From Minisyncoccota bacterium (GTDB lineage: Bacteria > Patescibacteriota > Minisyncoccia > Phycocordibacterales > UBA9973): 64,000 nucleotides of DNA. Below the pieces are notes generated by a model. The model was given only the letters and a program-made list of their open reading frames with translations. It had not been told where the DNA came from and ran no database searches. Shown here piece by piece: positions 11,201-18,401 of this stretch; positions within the stretch are counted from its first letter, which is position 1, and the number at the start of each line of letters is the position of its first letter. Both the position numbers and the translations under genes were made by a program. The DNA is taken from positions 15,601-79,600 of the forward strand of contig DASYKZ010000007.1 of assembly GCA_035994985.1 (NCBI GenBank), read 5' to 3'.

Positions 11201-11777
11201 CAAAATTCTCCACTTTAAAGGGCTCACGCTCCATAAGCTTCTTTGCTTCATCTGCTTCTCTAGCTTCTTTTGTGTTACCTGTAATGAAATCAAATATTTT
11301 CTTTATTATGCCGTCCTTAGGATTTTCCGTTTGCTGTTTTTCAAAAGCATCTAGACGTTCAATAGCGGTTTCAGGGAGTTTATTATCAATTAAATGTTGC
11401 CTGACTTTAGCAAGTTGCTCTTCTACGGACAAAGAATTATCCTTTTTAAATTTTGTTTTTAAAAGCGGTACCTCTTCAGCAGGCGCAACAGCTTCAGCTG
11501 GTGCTTCAGTTGCTTGCTCTTGCTCTAACGCAGGTGCTGTAGTTTCTTCCTGTGGTGAAGGTAAAGTAGAATCCTCCTCAACTGGTGAATTCGCATTATC
11601 TCCAGAAACTGGCTCTTCCTGCGCCGGAAATTCTGTTTGTGGGACAGCATTCTCTTGAGCAAACACTCGTACGACAGGCATCACTGGAGATAAGACGAAT
11701 GAAAGAAATAACAATATAGCTAGTAATCTTTTAGTAACCTTCAAACAACGTACAAACTTTATATATGAAGTTGGCAT
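8262..11777 (-). CDS. large secreted protein with transglutaminase-like (papain-fold) core domain; nucleophile position appears substituted (Cys→Asp)
   Basis: Signal peptide, acidic Pro/Glu/Ala-rich linker, then 'ELAGNDMDKSSLLVAMLRYSDIPARYRHADV … EHTYVEAYMP … WVAMDPTFN'. This matches the TGase-like G-x-C-x-D…IPAR…H…D pattern except that the Cys is replaced. Confidence 0.6.
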   Translation of the reverse strand: MPTSYIKFVRCLKVTKRLLAILLFLSFVLSPVMPVVRVFAQENAVPQTEFPAQEEPVSGDNANSPVEEDSTLPSPQEETTAPALEQEQATEAPAEAVAPAEEVPLLKTKFKKDNSLSVEEQLAKVRQHLIDNKLPETAIERLDAFEKQQTENPKDGIIKKIFDFITGNTKEAREADEAKKLMEREPFKVENFDGKINTAPADDYEKKFEQAKEHGNFLQKVKNFLLDGTFYNSDFDKTKEKGGIISWLFGGEKIYADASNDPDDYIAEGNEIKFSQAIQDKADELSNDPLKILNFLRNEIEYIPYYGSKKGSDGTLVELAGNDMDKSSLLVAMLRYSDIPARYRHADVKVEISTVTGLLGVDSPIRAAEILSLEDIPYIMYTQNDEPVFFVLEHTYVEAYMPYGYSRGADLNDGGESQWVAMDPTFNSYLYSQVVDAVDEMNSDGFDIEDFFDDYLNGDYATQEPLEVFQGKVEDWLIANPPADNDSYTYQEVLMRKFGANMELETVPGSLPYEISTDLNTYDYIPTSLRHTIDFTVTDTTSTEVLTYTAFISDLANREILVTYEAATPEDQTIIDGFDTIYDVVPLTLADVKPKIRVGGDIVATGTASDILGKVHKYKMEFNVPIRDIGDSVDSELAETLEKSIVTGTTDGVALNTDRIVPSILRPDEDTDSGTFMQSQKLYRTGVDYLGRLQKNHRELAGITGGDFTNRATSAAISNGVEVTYSSGQPYSFEWKGLRIDSSSLVRYFSRFGDDIYSNRKEFMALFGLQGSQDESDIFEDNFDIESVATVKGLKLVADGEFPGITLEKITEANEGDIDSLSISPGMKTVFHDAIGDGKIIYTPSDSITYGDWEGLFYIALDYDVGDGTYAIGEGLNGGYTVEQFPTGWSNFWRAHTLPGLTATINSPTNNATVKRGEDIHWSASYDSIFHDWDEEGDINTTTFPIQTITLHSGYGTSSSVDVNIVKGSNPTSVVCTTTLEGRSLPATSGTIAEEMHLPLFIDKNSGTYQTRHGGQIQYNKQDDIHSHPTTSQFLIDLGNQSSNINNPWIDPKTGKYWNMSIRYGAFAQPANSNDHEKFYVNMRWKYTDFDMPERLTEQKWYFGKKVWIKNSVTGKAVLSGILDYGPHITTNKVAGASPEAMKAIGAKTNDSLEYCWASDQDIPYGKTLTY

Positions 11778-11861
11778 GTATTTAAAAATAATAAAAATTA
11801 TAATAAAAGAATATACTATATTGAGTTAAAGATTTTCTAAAGAACTGATAAAGGTTACCAC

Positions 11862-12620
11862 TTATCTATATTTCTTGATTTTATCTTGATTAATTTCTAC
11901 GCAATCGGACGTGCTACTATCTTCCGCTGTGGTCCAGCTATCTATGCGCTCTTCTATGCTGTAAATTTTCCATTCTCCCTCTATCCTCTTGAAAGTAAAT
12001 TGATCGATATTATCACCCTCGCCTTTGCATCCGTTTCCCGCAGCACCTAGATATGATTGCCATCCTCGTCTGCCATAGACAAGCATTGTGTTTTCATCTA
12101 AGAGCTTGCGACCTAGCGCTTCTCCCCCAATACCTGCTCCGGTTGGCCACGGAAACTGAAATATCCATGCAGGGGAATTTTTATCAAAAAATGCCAGGCG
12201 AAAAGCTTCATAATGCGGACTATTCCAATCGTCAGATGGTGGTGGAACAACAAAATACGGAGCAAAAAATTCTGTAAATTCGTGCTTGCCTGACCTATCG
12301 AATATTGAGTATTCGGAAGTACTGCCATAATAGAGGGTCAGGTCATAGTATGTGGCGAGGATTACGTCAATTGCGGTATCATCTTTGGGAACAAATTTCT
12401 TAAGCTCTTCCGCTGCTTTTTGATAAGAAACATCTGCCGAATGGTCAACGGCTTGTTTCACTTTAAGATTTATCTTGCCGTCATAGGTCGAGATTTCTTT
12501 CGAGTATAAGTCTTTATACTCTCTGTCTCTTTTATTTAAGAATAAAAAAAGAGATATACCTATTAAAAGAAGTACGAGAAAAAATACTGAGATAATTTTC
12601 TTATTTTTTAAGTGTTGCAT
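11862..12620 (-). CDS. hypothetical membrane-anchored protein
   Basis: 252 aa with a single N-terminal TM (IISVFFLVLLLIGISLFLFL). Confidence 0.5.
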   Translation of the reverse strand: MQHLKNKKIISVFFLVLLLIGISLFLFLNKRDREYKDLYSKEISTYDGKINLKVKQAVDHSADVSYQKAAEELKKFVPKDDTAIDVILATYYDLTLYYGSTSEYSIFDRSGKHEFTEFFAPYFVVPPPSDDWNSPHYEAFRLAFFDKNSPAWIFQFPWPTGAGIGGEALGRKLLDENTMLVYGRRGWQSYLGAAGNGCKGEGDNIDQFTFKRIEGEWKIYSIEERIDSWTTAEDSSTSDCVEINQDKIKKYR

Positions 12621-12716
12621 TTAGTTTATTATAACACTTTCTATATAAATAAATTGATATCAATAGTTTTCACATAGCTCTAAATAACAATCACAATATA
12701 TGTTAATATTAAAAAT

Positions 12717-13826
12717 ATGAAAAAGCTAAAGGTTATATTTGATAATAACTCCCATATAGCCGGCAAAGGAAAGCCTATTTTAGAAATTTTTTCTAATAAT
12801 GTTATTAATCTTAAAAAATTTATATCCAAAAATAATATAAATGAAAGAGTTTCTAGTTGTTTTACTGAAATAATAAAAGAAGAAGGTATTAAAGAACTTC
12901 AAAGACGAGTAATCGCTAGATATCACGATGTTAAAAAATCCGCTGAAGCAATTAAAGGTATCGTTCCAGAAGATTTTATTTCTGAACTTAATGAAGGAGA
13001 ATTAAAAAATAAAATTGAAGAACAATATGATTTAAAATTAAAAGAAAATAATATAGAGATTATACCTCTACCTTCCGAAGCAAAAATATTAGAACTCTCA
13101 GAACGAGCACTTGATTATATACCTCCTTTTGAGATTGGGGATAAAGGTTTTAAGGATACTTTAATTTGGTTGTCTATTCTTGAAGATGCAGAAAAAAATA
13201 AAGACTTTGATTATATTTTTGTAACTGGAGATAAAATCTTTAATGATAGAGTCAAGAATGAGTTCAAGGCAAAACTAGGAAAAAATATTCATATAATTTT
13301 ACCAGAACTTATTGAAGAATCTTTGGATGAAGTTTTGGATTTAGGAATCGGATTAGAAAAAGCTAGAGAAGAAGCAACAAAAGCTTTGAAATTAGATGAG
13401 TCTCTCCAAAGGAAACTAGAGAAGGTTGCATTAGAAGAGCTTGCTCAACCAACCAACGCTCTTTCTCTTATCTTTTATAGTGGTGGGGAAAATAATAAAT
13501 GGGAGTCTAAGGTAGTTAATTTAATTTTCAAAGACGCAAATATAAGTATTAAAAATAAAACCTCAGCAGATACTTTTGAGATAGAGGCAACTATATCTTT
13601 TAAACCTAAATATGAAAAATCTGAAAATGAAGCGGATCAATCTCTTTACGGGGCTACAAGGTCTAATATTACAGTCATGTCTATGTATAACGGAGATAGA
13701 ATCTATTATCCAATTTCATTGAAAAAAACTTTCGACCTTACATATAAAAAAGGCAAAGGCTTTGATATTACGGGTTCTGGTAAAATGTACCCCGATTTTC
13801 CATTCACCATAAATAATTTCTACTAG
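12717..13826 (+). CDS. hypothetical protein with N-terminal PIN-like nuclease-type domain
   Basis: 'VIFDNNSH', 'GDKGFKDTLIWLSILE' and 'YIFVTGDKIFNDRV' show the spacing of conserved PIN acidic residues. AT-rich, Lys-rich; a lone + strand gene in the accessory islet. Confidence 0.45.
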   Translation: MKKLKVIFDNNSHIAGKGKPILEIFSNNVINLKKFISKNNINERVSSCFTEIIKEEGIKELQRRVIARYHDVKKSAEAIKGIVPEDFISELNEGELKNKIEEQYDLKLKENNIEIIPLPSEAKILELSERALDYIPPFEIGDKGFKDTLIWLSILEDAEKNKDFDYIFVTGDKIFNDRVKNEFKAKLGKNIHIILPELIEESLDEVLDLGIGLEKAREEATKALKLDESLQRKLEKVALEELAQPTNALSLIFYSGGENNKWESKVVNLIFKDANISIKNKTSADTFEIEATISFKPKYEKSENEADQSLYGATRSNITVMSMYNGDRIYYPISLKKTFDLTYKKGKGFDITGSGKMYPDFPFTINNFY

Positions 13827-13893
13827 ACTTAATTAAAATGCCAACACTCTAGCAAAATTAGCCAGTTTTGCTACTATTAAAATCTTCTAAAGA

Positions 13894-14565
13894 TTATATT
13901 CTCTTTTTTATCTTACGAGGGTTAGCTTTTTTATATCTACGAGCTTCTTCTTTATTGTCGGCTTCCCAAACTTTATCTCTAAATGATGATAATTGACTAG
14001 CTATTGCGTAATTTTGTCTTATAAATTTCAGTATTATACTAGGAGTAATTTTTATCTTTCTAAAATTCATCCCTAACCCTTCTCTGTTTTCTACACTTTT
14101 GTATCTCACAAAACCAGCTTCATCTAAACTCTGCCAGTTGGCATGAGCAATAATATTTCTAAACTCTGATAATTCAACAAGTTTTAAATAAATTAGCTTT
14201 ATTTCACTAAGTAACTTAGATTGCTTTTTTCCTGTTAAACAATATTTTATAAAAGCAAAATAATCATCCCTTAATAAATCAATCTTCTGTCTAAATTCTA
14301 AATATTTTATTATTCTATAACCAGGTTCATATGCTCTATCACTAATAGCAGTAGCTAAATCCACATCAACTCTGTCTTCTAATGCTGAAAAAGAAATAAC
14401 TAATCTCCCTATTGATCTAGCATATTTTTCTTCAACTTCTTCTATCACTTCGAATTCTCCATTAGTATCTTCTTCATCGTTAGTTCCATACTGACCCATA
14501 TAAGCCGCTTTAATTTCTAGTTTTATTTTTTCCTTTGGTTTTCTCATAACTGGAAATGCTTTCAA
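13894..14565 (-). CDS. hypothetical protein with HEPN-like R-x4-H motif (Abi-like)
   Basis: 223 aa; 'LSEFRNIIAHANWQ' (RNxxxH) sits in a predicted helical context. 10 nt downstream of its partner gene. Confidence 0.4.
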   Translation of the reverse strand: MKAFPVMRKPKEKIKLEIKAAYMGQYGTNDEEDTNGEFEVIEEVEEKYARSIGRLVISFSALEDRVDVDLATAISDRAYEPGYRIIKYLEFRQKIDLLRDDYFAFIKYCLTGKKQSKLLSEIKLIYLKLVELSEFRNIIAHANWQSLDEAGFVRYKSVENREGLGMNFRKIKITPSIILKFIRQNYAIASQLSSFRDKVWEADNKEEARRYKKANPRKIKKRI

Positions 14566-14575
14566 TTAAAGATAA

Positions 14576-15586
14576 TTATGACAAATTATCAAAAAGCCCC
14601 GATTGGTCATCTGGAATAATTTCTTGCTGTTTTTTTACTCTTTCTTTGTGAAAAACAATATCTTCGTTATAACTTTCTACTTCCCTAATGTAAATACTCC
14701 GATTTAACAGTATTCCACCTTTTAAATCACCAGTAATATCAAAAATTACTTTCATGTTATCGCCACTAGCAAATGTTCGTTCTCTTTTATAAGTCTGATC
14801 CTTAAAATCAGGGTCTTGCATATAAAAATCAATGTCTTCACCATTGGTTAAAATTGTTACACTTTCTGAAACTATATTTTCTCCAAAATATGTCCCCCTC
14901 CAAGATATGCCTCTGCCTTCTCTTTTCTGTTTAACTACTGGAGATATTAATTCTATAATGCCATTGGCATTTTCGTAAGAATATTTTTTGTCTAATATCG
15001 GTTCTATATATTTAGGAAAATCCTCTTTTACTATCTTTTTTGAAGAAATAATTTCCCCTTTCGAATCTTTTAAGAGAGTTTCATTATCTTTAATCATATT
15101 ATCTCTTTGCAGGGTGTCGTAAATATTGTTTTTTTTCTTTTTTAAATTTAAGTTTCCACATACCTCAGCTAATTTTTCATCAGGAATATTTTCTATATCA
15201 TAATCTCCCTTGAGTGCTTCCATATTTTGCTTTAATTCTAGGCATTTTGCTGTATCGTCTACAACCCACATATTCTTCTCGTGTAAATGCTCTTCGTGGG
15301 AATCCTTATAATTCAAAACAACAAAGACTAAACCAGCGACAGTAGCAGCAGTTCCTAGCGATACCCCTATTTTATTTTTCTTAATAAATTTTATTATATC
15401 TTTATACGATCCTGGCTCAGAAGGAAGTAAGAAAATTTCAAACTCTTCGTTTGGATATAAAACTTTTGACATTTCTTGGAGCATAGCTACCAAGTCTTCT
15501 GAACATTTATTCCGTGTATTGGCACGGATATAATGATCTGGTACTCCAAAATGGGTTTCTATGGTTATGAAATTTTCAGCTGTCAT
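14576..15586 (-). CDS. hypothetical protein with one internal TM segment; operon partner of the HEPN-like gene
   Basis: 336 aa with a TM helix GVSLGTAATVAGLVFVVL; no recognisable catalytic motif. Confidence 0.45.
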   Translation of the reverse strand: MTAENFITIETHFGVPDHYIRANTRNKCSEDLVAMLQEMSKVLYPNEEFEIFLLPSEPGSYKDIIKFIKKNKIGVSLGTAATVAGLVFVVLNYKDSHEEHLHEKNMWVVDDTAKCLELKQNMEALKGDYDIENIPDEKLAEVCGNLNLKKKKNNIYDTLQRDNMIKDNETLLKDSKGEIISSKKIVKEDFPKYIEPILDKKYSYENANGIIELISPVVKQKREGRGISWRGTYFGENIVSESVTILTNGEDIDFYMQDPDFKDQTYKRERTFASGDNMKVIFDITGDLKGGILLNRSIYIREVESYNEDIVFHKERVKKQQEIIPDDQSGLFDNLS

Positions 15587-15800
15587 AGTTATAATTATTT
15601 TCTATAATCTGAATAATTTTTTCTTGTAACAAGATTTTTAGTTGGAATCTTTTTGTTCCTATTCCTTAATTTCTACCATAAAATTTCTAGTTTTACAAGA
15701 CTAACCACGATATTTGCAAAATGAAATTGGGACTATGATAAAATGTATATAGTTGATAGAAATATTAACCAGTAGAGAGTAATGTAATAGCGCGTTCTAG

Positions 15801-15853
15801 AACCTTTTCAAGAGCGCACAACTACACTGTGCTCTACTGAAAAGGTTTTTTGT
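15801..15853 (+). terminator. strong intrinsic-terminator-like hairpin (17-18 bp stem + T-run)
   Basis: aaccttttcaagagcgcaca / tgtgctctactgaaaaggtt followed by ttttttg. A promoter-like TTGCAA (15714-15719) with a -10-like element lies ~100 nt upstream. Confidence 0.55.
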
Positions 15854-16315
15854 TATCTTGCCTCATTGTTAGGAATGAGGGTTATACTGGAGGGCTAGGC
15901 TACGTTACCAACACTGGGCCTCCTCTGGATGCGATATAAACAAGTGTTGGCTGACGAATAGCTAAGCGTCTATTATCTTAGCCAAGGGAGTCTGATTGTA
16001 AAGAGATTTATTAGCAGACATCCTTGTAGGTCAGTGTCTCATAGTGGATGTAGTCAATCGACAAGCCACAAAGGGAAAAAGGAGTACATGTATGTGCTAG
16101 AAAGTCCGTTTTGACGGACACATACAGAGACAGATTCAATCAGGAGTAATTCCCTGAAAAAGCTAGATTGATAAATCACTTCCGAGAGAAAACGGAATCA
16201 CGTGATGATACTGACAAGTAGGAAACGAACGTTATCTTTGATATGGTCAAAATATTTAATAAAAACACGCTTAACCTTTCAACAGGAGTTCCCAGTATAG
16301 GAGTATCAAGATGAA

Positions 16316-16576
16316 ATGGAAACTTTGGAAATTGAGCTTTCAGAACATACGAAAGCAGATTACGATTACCAAACAACTGTTGCTATGGTTATTTCTGTAG
16401 CACGTAGAGCAAAAGAAATATTTGAAAAAAGTTCTGACACGGCCGGAAAAAGAGCATTTTTAAATTCTTTGCTTCAGAACCCTACCATAAATGGAAAAAA
16501 GCTAGATTTTACAATAGCTTCTCCATATAATCTTGTACTAGAATTAGCTGATCACCCTAACTGGCTCCGGGGGTAG
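16316..16576 (+). CDS. small hypothetical ORF (86 aa) ending inside the 3' end of tRNA-Asn on the opposite strand; possibly an element remnant or non-coding
   Basis: ORF with K/E-rich composition. An in-frame stop lies immediately upstream, and the ORF overlaps the tRNA by 15 nt. Confidence 0.2.
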   Translation: METLEIELSEHTKADYDYQTTVAMVISVARRAKEIFEKSSDTAGKRAFLNSLLQNPTINGKKLDFTIASPYNLVLELADHPNWLRG

Positions 16577-16636
16577 GGATCGAACCTACGACCAATCGCT
16601 TAACAGGCGACCGCTCTACCACTGAGCTACCCCGGA
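16562..16636 (-). tRNA. tRNA-Asn (anticodon GTT), CCA encoded
   Basis: The reverse complement tccggggtagctcagtggtagagcggtcgcctgttaagcgattggtcgtaggttcgatccctacccccggagcca folds as a cloverleaf with anticodon loop cuGUUaa. Confidence 0.85.
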
Positions 16637-16738
16637 ATATTTACCATAGTAGCAGAAATGAGCGAAAAAACAACTAAGAAGTTAGGGGCAATTTGCATTA
16701 TTGATAAAATAATATAGAATATTGAAGTTGATATGTTT

Positions 16739-16811
16739 GGGCCGTTAGCTCATCTGGTAGAGCACCTCATTTGCAATGAGGGGGTGGCAGGTTCGAGTCC
16801 TGTACGGTCCA
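16739..16811 (+). tRNA. tRNA-Ala (anticodon TGC), with the G3:U70 identity pair
   Basis: gggccgttagctcatctggtagagcacctcatttgcaatgaggg…ggttcgagtcctgtacggtcca; CCA not encoded. Confidence 0.9.
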
Positions 16812-16824
16812 CTTTTAAAAAGCT

Positions 16825-18144
16825 TTAATCGTAGTAATCTAAACCCAGATGCGTGATAGACTCTTCGCCCTGAATATGACGAAGGGTATTTTTTAATTTC
16901 ATTTGCTGGATAAATATATCGTGCTCTTCTTTCAGCCCCGGAGCAGTCTGTGGCGCTTTGAAATAAAAAGACAGCCACTCCTGCACACCTTTCATTTTTG
17001 AGCGCTGGGCAAGGTCTAAGAATAGCGCCAAGTCGAGTACTAATGGCGCGGCCAAAATCGAATCCTTGCAAAGAAAATCAATCTTGATCTGCATCTTATA
17101 GCCCAGCCAGCCGAATATATCTATATTGTCCCAGCCTTCCTTATCGTCGCCCCTTGGAGGATAATATTCAATGCGAATTTTATGGTATGTGTTGCCGTAT
17201 AATTTTGGGTTTAATTTCGGCTCTAAAATCGTTTCCAAAACTCCGAGCTTAGACTCTTCTTTAGTTTTAAAGTTATCCGGGTCGTCCAAGACCTCACCGT
17301 CGCGGTTGCCTAAAATATTTGTGGAGAACCAGCCATTGATTCCAATCGAGCGTGATTTTAAGCCGGGAGCTAATATGGTCTTCATTAACGTTTGTCCTGT
17401 CTTAAAATCTTTACCGCAAATCGGCACACCCAACTGATTCGCAAGGTCAGTCAGAGCTGGTGTGTCTATGGCTAGATTTGGAGCACCCATAGCAAACGGC
17501 ACCCCGCTCTTAATCGCCGCATACGCATAGACCATAGATGGAGCAATTTGCGGGCTGTCATTGCGCATAGCTTTCTCAAAACTTTCAATCGTTTCATGTT
17601 CTTTGGACTCAAGCAGGAAAATTTCTGTGGACGCGGCCCAGACCATTACTAATCTGTCGCAGCCATTGTCAGCCTTAAATTTCTGTATATCGGCAATTAA
17701 TTTTTCAGCAAGGTCCATCTTTGTCCCCCCTGCCTTTACATTATCATAATTTTTCAGCCGTTTTGCGTATTCCGGCTGGAACACGGCAGACATCGGTTTG
17801 ATAACTGTGAGTTCTTCCTTTACTCCATTTAATAAATCTTTTTCCAGTACGCCGGCTTTCAAGGCTGCATCGTAGGCATTGTCTCCATACACATCCCAAG
17901 CCCCGAAAACCAGACTATCCAATCCCGCCAAGGGCACAAAATCTTTAATAAAAGGCGTTTTATTGTCTGTCCGCTTTCCGATGCGGATGGTGCCCATCTG
18001 GGTAAGCGAACCAATTGGTTCAGCCAGGCCCTTTTTTACAGCTTCTACTCCTGCGATAAACGTGGTCGACACTGCGCCAAGCCCCACAAGCAGTACTCCT
18101 AATTTTCCCTCGGCTGGCTGTATGTCAATTTTAGTCTCAGGCAT
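16825..18144 (-). CDS. ino1: myo-inositol-1-phosphate synthase (NAD-dependent)
   Basis: 439 aa with N-terminal Rossmann GVLLVGLGAVSTTF. Overall pattern is of the MIPS family (…NGWFSTNILGNRDGEVL…, …YYPPRGDDKEGWDNIDIFGW…). Confidence 0.8.
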   Translation of the reverse strand: MPETKIDIQPAEGKLGVLLVGLGAVSTTFIAGVEAVKKGLAEPIGSLTQMGTIRIGKRTDNKTPFIKDFVPLAGLDSLVFGAWDVYGDNAYDAALKAGVLEKDLLNGVKEELTVIKPMSAVFQPEYAKRLKNYDNVKAGGTKMDLAEKLIADIQKFKADNGCDRLVMVWAASTEIFLLESKEHETIESFEKAMRNDSPQIAPSMVYAYAAIKSGVPFAMGAPNLAIDTPALTDLANQLGVPICGKDFKTGQTLMKTILAPGLKSRSIGINGWFSTNILGNRDGEVLDDPDNFKTKEESKLGVLETILEPKLNPKLYGNTYHKIRIEYYPPRGDDKEGWDNIDIFGWLGYKMQIKIDFLCKDSILAAPLVLDLALFLDLAQRSKMKGVQEWLSFYFKAPQTAPGLKEEHDIFIQQMKLKNTLRHIQGEESITHLGLDYYD

Positions 18145-18227
18145 AGTGTTTTATTATTTATTATTAATTAAATTGATTGTATCATGTCCTGTTTATAACA
18201 CAAAAGAGAAGACTGTGTAAAATAATT

Positions 18228-18260
18228 AAAAACAAAAACCCGCCTTGCGGCGGGCTTTTG
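18228..18260 (-). terminator. intrinsic terminator (GC hairpin cccgccttgcggcggg; the T-run is on the minus strand)
   Basis: The minus strand reads gcccgccgcaaggcgggtttttgttttt. Confidence 0.6.
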
Positions 18261-18360
18261 CGGCACATATGTTGTTTACGGTAAATGCAAGAATCACTTC
18301 GTACACTCACAATAATAGTGTATCATACTTCGGATAAAAAAGCAAGTAAAAAGACGATTT

Positions 18361-18394
18361 AGTAGAAAAATCCTCTCGTAAGAGAGGATTTTTC
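18361..18394 (-). terminator. terminator immediately 3' of rnpB (hairpin tcctctc-gtaa-gagagga with flanking A/T runs; bidirectional-looking)
   Basis: The minus strand reads aaaaatcctctcttacgagaggatttttctact. Confidence 0.6.
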
Positions 18395-18401
18395 ATGTTT
18401 G

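Noticed and set aside
15800-16130. RNase P-like sequence motifs on the + strand ('aagagcgcac' at ~15815 and 'gaaagtccg' at ~16100)
   Set aside because: The motifs occur in the wrong 5'→3' order for RNase P RNA and lack the P4 3' half. The genuine rnpB with full motif set is at 18402-18784 (minus).
15860-16640. Possible tmRNA (ssrA) next to the tRNA genes
   Set aside because: No tRNA-like 3' domain (GGUUCGA…CCACCA) and no plausible resume codon/tag peptide ending in AA-stop on either strand.
16745-17071. 108-aa minus-strand ORF
   Set aside because: Overlaps tRNA-Ala and the C-terminus of ino1 in another frame; spurious.
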